DNA of 64,000 nucleotides from Vermamoeba vermiformis (Eukaryota): NCBI GenBank assembly GCA_045837725.1, contig JBEWZL010000300.1, positions 248,001 to 312,000 of the forward strand, read 5' to 3'. Shown piece by piece: positions 54,045 to 64,000 of this stretch (position 1 is its first letter; each line of letters starts with the position of its first letter). The notes under the pieces were generated by a model. It saw only the letters and a program-made list of their open reading frames with translations, ran no database searches and was not told where the DNA came from. The position numbers and the translations under genes were made by a program.

Positions 54045-56862
54045 TTAGCGTGAGAATTTAGCAGCGACTTGTGTCTGCAACTGCATCAAGAACTCGTAGT
54101 ACGAGTAGAGTGTCTTGCTGCGATCTTCAACAAAGTAGGACAAGAAGCGCGATGAACTGGGCTCACCATCACGCAGCACGCAGAGTGGCTGGTAGATGCC
54201 TTTCTCTGCGCGGAGTGACTCTATTAGCTGCGAGACACGCGCACCGAGCGGTGTTTCTTTGTTGATCTGGATCTGATGCGCAATACCATTATTAGTCGTC
54301 GAAATAGGGACTGATCATAGGAGTGACTTACCGTGGTGGGATCCACGCCATCGAGCGATGAGAGACCAAACACTTGCTGCAAGAACTCGATGGAGATGGC
54401 CTTGCCGACCCACAGCAGCAACACTTCGCCGTTGTCGAGCAGAAAGGCGCCCTGACGATCCAACTTCTCACTCGACAGCGTGAGCACTGCGGGGGTGTCG
54501 TCCGTGAGTGTGTGCAGGGCGTACAGGTGCGGATAGAGGGCGAGCAGTGTGCGCGATGAGGACAAGCTGCGCAAGCGTTGCATGTGATAGGCGCGCAGAT
54601 CTGGATTGACGTCTTGATAGGCGCGCAACACGGGGTGCTTGATCATGGCGAGAATGTGCAGCGGCAGCGAGGTGAGGGTGGCAGGCAAGAGCAGCTGCGC
54701 ACTCGCTTGACCAGTGCCGAGGGTCTGACGATAGCTGGCGAGTATGTCGACCACTTTGTTGACCAGGGCCTCGCGCGCATCGCTGATCTTGGCTTGCAGG
54801 GCGCGATCGATCGCCATCTTGATCAACAGCGCGGCCACTGCTTCACCGTCCGCCAAGTTGAACATGTCCTGCATGTTGGAGGTGGTGGGCAGGCACATGT
54901 TGAGCACACGAATGCGCCGCTCGCTGGTGGAGGTGGTGTAGAGCAGCGCGGCTTGAATGAAGTTGTAGCTCGTGGTCAAGTTCTCTTGCAGCGCCAATTG
55001 CACTCCGAATGCCTTGTCGCAGTCCACGCTGGGCAGTGCGAGCAGATCGGAGCTGCGCAAGAAGAATGCACCGTGATAGGCCTGCACTTTGACGCCCTTG
55101 CTGCATCGCACGCGCATGACACCCTCCCAGCCCGTGGTGCGGATCAGATTGTGGCGCACGTCTTCAATCAGCTGATTGCCATCGCGCGGCAGTTGGAACT
55201 CGGGGTAGTAGTAGAGCTGTCCGCCCGTGAGGTGTGCGAGGGGTGCGAGGGAGGTGACGTCGTGGTACTGCGGGGTGAGCAGGAACAGATCCACGCTGAT
55301 CTGCAACTTGCTGCACTCGAGGGCCAAGTTCTTATAGAATTCAGTCTGCGGCTTGAACAGCTGTGTCTCGCGATCACTGCCGCTCAGCGTGGCGCTGTCA
55401 GGTGCGAGGGACTTGACGTCAAAGCGCGCAGCTAGCTTGCCGACACCGAGGCTGGGCAACTGTGCCGTGAAGAGCAGCACTTTGCCACCGAGATGTCGCG
55501 CCACTGTCATCGCTGCTTTGACTGCAGGACCGAGACACGCTTGCACATTCTGCGACTGCGCGAACATCTGTGGCAAGCGTGTGAGCAGCGTGTCAATGAC
55601 CTGCTTGCTCTCGTGCAAATTGACGAGCAGATCCAGTCCTTGCGGCACAAAGGCCTCGGTGAGATCTGCCACACACAACATCTGTGGCTGCGAGAGCCCT
55701 TGCTTGAGATTGTAGAAGTGAATGCTGCTGTCGTAGGTGATGATCGCGACTTTGGTGCGCGGATCTGACAGCGGAATCGCAGCCTCGTTGTGCTCGGTGG
55801 CGAGTTGCAGCACGTGCTTGATGGCGTGTGTCACGTACTGCAGTCCCCCGCTGTGCACGTTGTAGTAGGAGACATCGATCACAAAGATGTAGCTCGGAGG
55901 CATGGGAGGACGCACCATGTACTCGCCAGGTGCCACAAAGTCCACCACGCCGCTGCTCAGTTCGGGTCGGGACGGATAGTCTGCGCGCCGTCCAGTCTGC
56001 GGATCTAGCGGACTGAAATAGCCTGCTGGCGTGTCATTGGCACGACCGCACAGATTGCAGATGAAGGATTGGCCGCCCTTGCTCCACTGCATGAACGGAT
56101 TCATGTACGCGCGGCAGATGTGACATCTTACGATACCAATGGAGCCAAAGTCAATCAGCGGCACTGGTTCCTTAAATAATACGAGCACGCTGTTAGTTAA
56201 CTGGCAGCAGATCTGAAATCGCGGAATATTGCGCTAGTACTTGGACTCGCAAAGTTTTTTTGGAATAAGATTTTTGATCTACAGCGCTATTAAACAATAT
56301 GACGAGCCAATTAGGGACACAATCGGAGAAGCTTGTCCGATTAAATTAATTTTGAAATTTTTTCGATTTTTTCTATTGCAATTTTCATTTTAACAGCGCT
56401 TACTTTGTATTCATCAGACAACGGTTGAATAACACATCCCACTGGTATTGATGATTTGTTTAATATTTCCATCGTCTTGGGAATGCAATTGACTGTCATT
56501 CGCATCAGCTTGGCTGGAGCTTGACTTTCAGCTGAGAATTGAGGTTGTGTAGGTTGCGGGGTATTATATACATTAGGGGTAGTGGTCGGGGTATTATTGA
56601 AAGGTGCTGCAGGGTAAGTGGGAGTGGCAGCTGGGTTGAATGCACCAGGCACAGTCGTAGCGACATTCGGCTGTACGAATGTGTTCGGTGCTGCGGGAGT
56701 GTAGGGCGCTGCGGGAGTATAGGGCGCAGCAGGGGTATAAGGAGCTGTATTCTGGGCCACTGGATTGGTCTGCAGATTCATAGCTCCAAACTGCTGATTG
56801 AGATCTGCCGTGGGAGGGGCATTAGGATCTCCCTGCGGATATACACGTCTCTTATTGGACAT
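54045..56862 (-). CDS. SEC24: COPII coat protein Sec24
   Basis: IVRCHICRAYMNPF...CNLC, EYMVRPPMPP, FVIDVS, MRVRCSKG, QAALLYT...ERRIRV, gelsolin-like repeat. Confidence 0.96.
56690..56743. repeat. Three imperfect 18-bp tandem repeats encoding (APYTPA)3 in the Sec24 N-terminus
   Basis: gctgcgggagtgtagggc / gctgcgggagtatagggc / gcagcaggggtataagga. Confidence 0.85.
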
Positions 56863-56969
56863 CCTCAGCTGTGTGTGATGATAAAATAAATACAAACAAT
56901 AGCAGCGCAGTCAGTTTTAATTCTGTTTTGCTTACGTCACACACACGACGTCGAACACTTTTGTTAACA

Positions 56970-58112
56970 ATGACCGCGCTGCTCGTGTTCTGCGCAGTGT
57001 GTGTGCTGGGACTGGTCACACCTGCTTGGGGCTTCACTTCAGTGTTGGCTTGGGACGCACAGGTCTGCGGTCAAACAACGTGCAGACTCGGCGCGAGTGT
57101 CAGATCGACTTTGGTCAATGATGCCAGCGAGTACGTAATATTGCGGCATCCTTCACGCGATGATGTCGTGATTGAGCTCAATATTCGACCGCTCTCAAAA
57201 CGGGTGAACTTGTTTTTCAAATATCAACGAAATTTCACAAACTTGTACGAGGCCAGCAGCGAGGGACTCAACTGCATGTATTCCAACAGCGAGGTAGAGT
57301 GCCATATAGCGTGCATGTGAGCTGATGCTTCTTAGAATCCTCAAAGCCCCTGTCAAGCGGCGCACTCACTGTGCTGTCTGACCGACACTGCGCGCCCAGC
57401 TGGGCACTATTGTCTGCTCGCTGACGAGGCTCAGAGTTACGCTGCGTACTCCATTGACGACATAGCATTCATTGCAGCGCTGCAGCTCAATGTCACTGTG
57501 AGGTCTGCGAACACGACCAGCCATGCCGTGGTGCAGCTCTCGAGCACATCCAGCAGCATTGAAGACACTGCACTCAGCGCACAACTGTTCACTTATGAGA
57601 GCGTGCCTGTCAGCTCGTACGTCACATAGTTGCTATGCACTCACTCACACGACACAGCTTAACTACCGTAGCGCAAACACTGCTCTTATTCGTGCCACGT
57701 GATGCGGCACGTGACTGGTTCGTGGTCGACAGCAGCAGCACGATATTCCCGCGACTGAGTCTGTCGCGCGAGGAGTGGCTGCGTCAAGTGAGTACTCTGC
57801 CTCCACTGATGCACTTATATGTATTCTCGTACACTAGGTGAGTTGCGTGCAGCCAGTGCACTACTTGACCGCCACACAGTCCCTCGCACCACGTGATCAG
57901 TACCACTCGCTGCAACAGCAACGATGGGAACTCTATTACAGTGCCGTGGACAGTAATTCCGCTGTCACCGCCACGGACACGCTGTTCAGGTAGTACTCGT
58001 CGCTTTATATATGCACCGCTGCTGGTATTGACGCGCGTGTGTCAGGTCCATGCAGCTGACGTACACTGCGAGTGCGAGCTATCAACTCACGCTGCTGATC
58101 TATTACGACTAG
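56970..58112 (+). CDS. Secreted Cys-containing protein, divergent HAP2/GCS1 (fusexin) domain I-II-like, truncated; 5 exons, 317 aa
   Basis: Exons 56970-57293, 57336-57616, 57658-57787, 57838-57989, 58046-58112 join in frame via GT-AG introns of 42, 41, 50 and 56 nt; signal peptide; Cys pattern and motifs collinear with HAP2 (see findings). Confidence 0.6.
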
Positions 58113-58232
58113 CTGATTGGTCCAGTGCGCAGTGTCTGATTGGTCCAGGCGCAGTGTCTGATTGGTGTCTCCCCTCACACGCATTCGTAGTCCCCAATGT
58201 ACATATAAATACACAGCTTTATATACAATACA

Positions 58233-61200
58233 CTACTTGTTGTTGTTCGTGCTGTCGCGCTTGACAGCAGGAGGGGGTGGTCGTTTGACTTGCGGATTGA
58301 ACTTGACCGCTGCAGGGTCGTGCGGTCCAATCGAAATCGAGCGACTCAGCGGCGAGGGCGAGGGCGAGGGCGGGGCTTTGCTGGCGTTGTTGTTCACTGA
58401 ACTGCTGCTCAGACTCAGCGGCATCACGGGCACACTCAGCGCGGCTGGACGGGGCGAGGACGGTGTGGGCGTGGTGGCACTGCTCTTGAGATATTCCGCT
58501 TTCAACGGATACAAGCGATGCATGAATTCTTCCGCAGCGCGTGGTGCTTTGTAGCGTCGCACAGCCTCTTGAATGTAGCGCGTGCGAATGGTGAATCTGC
58601 AAAGATCGAGGTGAGCGAGTGCGAACAGAAGGCGGATGCTAAAAATAGACTCACGGGTGCTCGTAGCCCTTCTGCGAGTATCTGACAGCACGATGCGCAC
58701 TGACAGCGGTGAGACGGAGCAGATCCGCTAGTGTGCGCTTGGTGACGATCATGCCGTCCTGCAACGGACCAATCACCTTCAACTGCGAGGGGGTGGTCAG
58801 TCACGTGATTCCATCCGTCGCTGCTACCGTACCTTGTCTTTCTTGAACACCTGAATGCGGAACAGGCCCGACGAGAGCGGATAGACGACAATGTGCGCGT
58901 CATTGAACTGCGACACAATCACATTCGGATCGTAGTCGCGCTTGTGCTCGCTCCACACAATGTGCACGGGATCATTGCCCACGTGCCGCTTCTTGGTCAC
59001 CTGCTTGGGGTCACTGTCCTTGGTGGGCATGTAGCTCACCACGTGATACACCAACTCGTAGCGCTCATTCGCGTAGTACGGTGTCACAGTGCCATTCGAG
59101 CCATCTGCCGCCAGTCCCGCTTTGAATCCAGCGTGTGTCTGGATCTCCACTGGCCAGCCCAGTCCGCGCAGCAGGGCGTGGTACTCAGCGCTGCCCTCGT
59201 CGTTGCACAGAATGTCCAGCTGTCGCTCTTGGCCCTCGCGCACGTAGATGACACCCACTTTGATCACTTCACGACCGCGCACACGATCCAAGTCCTGCAG
59301 CGCACGACGCAAGCGCGAACTGTCTTCGAGCTGATGGAGCTCGCGTCTGTGTGCGGGGGACAGCATGCCCAGGGCACTGAGCAGCACGCGACTGCACGAG
59401 AACAGCGACACGGGACTCGCTGATTCACTGAACGGCTCTGCTGCGCGCTGCAGGGGATCACGTGGACTGGTGCGAGATTGCACGGAGATATCTTGGAGTA
59501 TCTGTTCGTCGAGCAGGGGTCTGTTGGCGCGGATCTCAGCGCTGTACGCACCACTCAGGCGCGGTTGACCCAGCGCCGCAGCACCGAGCTCAGCACCGCT
59601 CTCCAGGGCCTCAGGGTGCTGCGCGTACAGTGCGGCGAGGTGTGCGGACAGCGGGCACGGTGGTGGCACGTCACGTGATGAGGGAGTGAGGGGCCGCGGT
59701 GAAGCCAGCGAGTCACGTGACTGCGCAATCACGTGCTCATCGCCCCAGTCCACGGCACAATCCCACGCGAACTTGCCGAGTGGCGTGCGCACGACGAATC
59801 GCACGCAGTGATCGGTGAGGGGATAGAGCGCGAGCACGTGCCGATCGTAGTGCGAGAAGAAGAGTGCCTCCACTGTCTTGTCTTCTTCGTCCTCCAGGAA
59901 CGACTCCATCATGGTGGCACCTGCAGGGGTCGGAAAGTTGTTGTAATAGCTGGTCAGTGTGGCTAAAAATAGCTCTGCTGCTTGCTGCACGCTGTTCGAG
60001 CCATGCGCGGGCTGACGCATCAATCGCACCAACACGCTCTCTTGTGCTGGCAGAGTGCCACTGCGGCGTGGTGTGCTCTCACTGCCGCGCAGGGTCTTGC
60101 GCGTGTTTTCTTTGCGCTTCTTTTTGTCAGACTCCTCCTCCTCGCTGACACGTGTCTCGCTGTCTGCGCGTAGATTGGGCTCGGTGCCGATCTGTCCCAA
60201 GAGCGCGAGTTCGAGCAGACGAAAGATCTTGCTGTTGAGCTCGGGGTCGGTGAGGAACAGATTGCCCTGGGAGACGAGCCAGGCTGAGAGTGTGTGGAAG
60301 TTGTCGTTGATCACCTTGTCACGTGGTGCAGTGGGCGCGGCGAGCAGTTCATTCAACAGCTGCGCAATGTTGTCGGTGAGCAGTGCAATCACCGAGTAGG
60401 TCAGATCGTGATTCAGCGCCGTGAACTCCTCCGTCAGCGTCGTCAGGCACCCCAGCACTTCGCACGCGGTCAGTGCCACGTGATCGTCGCGGTGGCGCGT
60501 GTGTTCTATAATTAGCTGCAGACTGCGCACCACAATGTCCATTCTGGGTGCGAGGGAGTTGACGGCGCGCAGCTCATCGAACACGTGCACGCAGAGGCCC
60601 CACAGGACCTGTTGACGCGTGGTGGCATCGATGGGCACTGTGCCACTGAGCAGCTGGTGCAGCAGTGCGGTCAATCGATCGCGCAGTTCAGTGGCACTCC
60701 AGCTCTGCTCGCTGCTCGGCACTGCGTAACTGGCTGCGGGATAATGCGCGGGATAACTCAGCAGCGAATTGAGCAGCGTGATGGCACTCCGCTGCACTTC
60801 AGTGCTGATGGTGGTGCGCTGTGTGAACTGGTGGCACGGTTAGCGAGAGAATTGAATTGACAGGTGTCAAACAGCGTCACGTACCAAGCTTTGCAGTTCA
60901 GTGAGATAGGCACTGACCAGCACCGCTGACCCTGGTAGATCGTAGCTGAAGATGAGGCGCGTGGAGATCAGCACGGCATCGCGCACTGGCTCGCGATCAC
61001 TGCTGAGGCCCTGGTAGAGCGGTTAGTGAGGGGGTGCCAGGTGCCAGTCACGTGACTTACATTGAGCACCACGCGATAGAAGTGTGCCAGCAGATCGATC
61101 GAGAGTGGTTGCGCGTGTTGGCGACAGAACAGCTTGGCGAGCACGCGATACGCGATCACGAGGCCCTGCTGTCGATCGGTGGCACTGTAACAGGCCTGCA

Positions 61201-63341
61201 ACAACCAGGGCAGGAAGATGTCGAGCAGTGGCATCTTGTGCGGATTGTCGTTGAGCGGAATTTTGTTCTCGCTGGCAAGGAAGATGTCAATCATCTCCGC
61301 GACACACTGCATCGCTGTCTCGTAGTTGAGCGGCACGGCAATGTTGTTGATGTTGCCGCAGATGTCTGTCACGTGCTGTCAGTTCTACCGTTCACTGAAC
61401 ACACGCCACTTACTTAATATGGTAAACCACATGTCTTTGATCTTAGTCTCGTCCCAAGTCACGCCCATAGTGTCCTTAGCTACAGTCTCCCTAATGACAG
61501 GTGTCAAACGAGTGACAGCACGGTGACACTTACTTGACAGGTCGCTCGTCCTCCGCGTCAGCAGTGAGTTCAGTAGGCGCGTAGTAGTACTCGACCAACA
61601 GCGCTGTCAGCCGCACAATCTTGTCCTTCCAGCCTCGAATCACGTGACTCTGATCCAGCACACTCACGAACACCTCGTGAAATTTCTGCCACATTTCATC
61701 GCTGTTGTACGGGGAGCGCATCCAGACTAAAAATAAGTGATTAACCACGTCCTCGGCGACAGCATCGACAGCAGGATCACGTGCGCGCAGTGCTCGGAGT
61801 CGCGCGAAGAGGTGCGTGGTGCCGGTGAGAATGGAGTGCTGCAAGGTGTGCCAGCTCTGCTCGTCCAGCATTTGCTGATTGGTCTGCGAGAGACTGTTGT
61901 ACAGCGACAGCAGTTCTATAAATAGACTGCGGTACTCTTCGGGGGCCTCGCTCGGATCAGCGCTGAACAGCGTCACCCAGTGCCCTATAAATAGCCGCCA
62001 GTAGCTCTGTTGCACTTCTTCGCGAATTCTTTTTGTCTGTGGGCACGTGTCATTAAGTTGAGTCAAGTTGAGCAATGACCAAATAAGGCAATACTCACCA
62101 AGAACCAGTGTCGGTGCGTGAACAGCACGCGCTTGACAGTAGCCGCGTGTCGGAGTGGCAGCAGCGTGACTTGGCGCACAATCTCGAACATGAGCGGTGC
62201 ATTGCGCTCGTCCCACAGTCGCGTGGTGAGTGGCACATTGCCCTTCCACTTGTCCAGCTGTTCGATCAGCGCGCACTGCAGCTGGGCGGGACACTTCTCG
62301 CTGAACCCCGTGCCTAAAGTAGTGCGTGAGTGCGTGCCATCATCAGTGCGTACCAAGCACTACGTACGCTCGTCGAGGTCGTAGCCACTCTCCTGCATGG
62401 CGCGCGGATAGAGCACGGTCAAGTAGCGCGCTTTGAACTGTTCGAACCAGAACTCCATGCTGCGACCTGTGCGCGCAGTCATGAACTCGAAGAACATGTG
62501 GAACTGATCGACTGCTTCTTCGATGGACTCGCCGTTCGAGGGCACCAGAATCAGCGCTGGATCTGCTGCGGGAGGAGTGAGGAGTAGATTCGCTGTCGGG
62601 TACTCTTGCAACAAGGGCTGAAAGTTGATAGCGCGCGAAAACAAATCGAGTGTCTCATCAATACCCTCTTTATTGTCTTCGGCTTGGAGCAGTGCTTCAG
62701 CGAACAGGAGCAGCAGTTCGAATCCACTCGTGCGCACTGAAGACTTGTTTTGACGAGCCAACAACTTCTTAATCAGTCCCACTATGCATCCAAATACCAA
62801 TTAGCGATTCGGCTTGCTCTGCAGACTGCTTAAGTCACTTACGCAACTCTTGAAATTTCCATCTGTTCTTGATCTGCACTACCAGCAGTACAACGCACTT
62901 TTTCAGCACGTCAAATACTTGCATAACGTCGCTCTCTTGTCCTTTCTTTGTTTTATCTGCCACAATGTCACATCAGTACAATTAATTGTGCACAAATTGT
63001 GTGATCTGTTTGCCAAATCTGTTTCGGCCTTAACGTACCTTTGGCTAATTCGAGCGTACCAACAAATATGTTTATAGTTGTCATTATATTATCGCATTGT
63101 TCGATAAAAAATCGACGCAGATCTTCGCCGGTCTCCTTCTCTAAATTACGAATTTTTAACTTTTTTGCCGGATGCAGCAATAATTACAGACTTGCCACAA
63201 ACAGTTACCTGTAATTTTAACCAGAGTTTTCCATTTTTTGGTGAGATTTTTTTCGGTGATAAAGGTCTGCAGTCGCTTCTTGCTCTTCTTTTCTCTGTCG
63301 GCAGCAGTTGCCTTAGCGAGGCCTTTGATCACTTTCTCCAT
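58233..63341 (-). CDS. RapGAP-domain protein, RalGAP-alpha/tuberin-like
   Basis: C-terminal IKVGVIYVREGQ, LGWPV, YHVVSYMP, KKRHVGNDPVHIVWSE, SQFNDAHIVVYPL; N-terminal LIKKLLARQNKSSVRTSGFELLLL; long helical region. Confidence 0.9.
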
Positions 63342-63455
63342 ATCATAATCGCACTAGCTAGATAGGGTGGATGCACCTTGGTCTCCAAAATCTAGAAATA
63401 AATTGCCGTTGCTTTCGGAAGGCAGTTCAAGAAGGGGAAATTTCAGTTATTTAGA

Positions 63456-64000
63456 TTACGATCTCCAGTCGGAGATTGCTCCAAAATAAGTAGCCGCTAA
63501 TATATCCGCGCGTATCGTGTGCTCAGGCAGTCCGAATTGATGCACCTGTCCCTCATCGAAGATGAGCACGTGATTGCGACCCGCAGCAACTCTGAGGTTA
63601 TTTTTAGAGACGCGTGCACGTGATTCATAGATGCAGTACGGTGTCACGTGCACTACTTGTTCTTGAGGGGTCACGTGACACCAGCCAGCAACAAACACGC
63701 GATGACAGCCTGTAATTGACACGCGTCAAATGTTGGCACAGATTTTCAGTGCACGTGACTTACGTGTGACAAAAATAGAACTCCACAGCGCACCAATCAC
63801 GTGGTCTATCTCCACGGAGATTGTTGTGTCGTCATCGAGCTGAAAGTTCTCTACCAGGGCAGGCACGTGCTCAGACCCTGCTCGACCGAGCTGTTTGTAC
63901 CTAGCACCGATTAGTGCGCGCGCGCTGGTTCGTCACGTACCCATTCCAGCCCATGCTGTGCGCATTGCCTAATTCTGCAAATGACAGGTGTCAAACAGGC
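63456..64000 (-). CDS. 3' part of an RCC1-like repeat protein (continues past right edge)
   Basis: YKQLGRAG...P, VAAGRNHVLIFDEGQVHQFG; GT-AG introns. Confidence 0.55.

Noticed and set aside
54578-55435. Long antisense ORFs (285 aa here; also 52248-52931, 36933-37577, 43581-44174)
   Set aside because: Shadows of GC-rich coding sequence on the opposite strand; no recognisable motifs

Overview
Gene-dense eukaryotic nuclear DNA with many short (about 40-60 nt) GT-AG introns. I find about 33 protein-coding genes and one tRNA-Asp(GTC), and no transposon or CRISPR array. Gene content (actophorin/cofilin-type ADF, RhoBTB/RacA-type GTPase, GNPTAB, bacterial-type enzymes) suggests a free-living amoeba, probably Amoebozoa; this is inference, not a database result. 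Most genes are housekeeping (ADSL, V-ATPase H, RPS11, MED18, RFK, LplA, PPCDC, Sec23/Sec24, CNOT11, CNOT3, MAK16, PEX3, TOM1-like, CWC21, RAD52, RalGAP-like), mostly in head-to-head or tail-to-tail pairs with tiny intergenic gaps. The most striking item is a 5-exon gene at 56970-58112 that the ORF track shows only in fragments. Spliced by hand, it gives a 317-aa secreted protein collinear with domains I+II of the HAP2/GCS1 gamete fusogen but lacking the fusion loop, domain III, stem and TM anchor. Other notable items: an intron-containing SH3b+M23 peptidoglycan hydrolase; a prokaryote-type dCTP deaminase; a tandem-duplicated ACT-ACT-HAD phosphoserine phosphatase with a degenerate first copy; a PLD with a possible aegerolysin-like N-domain; a tRNA inside an intron; and a recurrent TGACACGTGTCA palindrome. 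All gene models were spliced manually and family calls come from motif recognition, so exact boundaries need RNA-seq confirmation.
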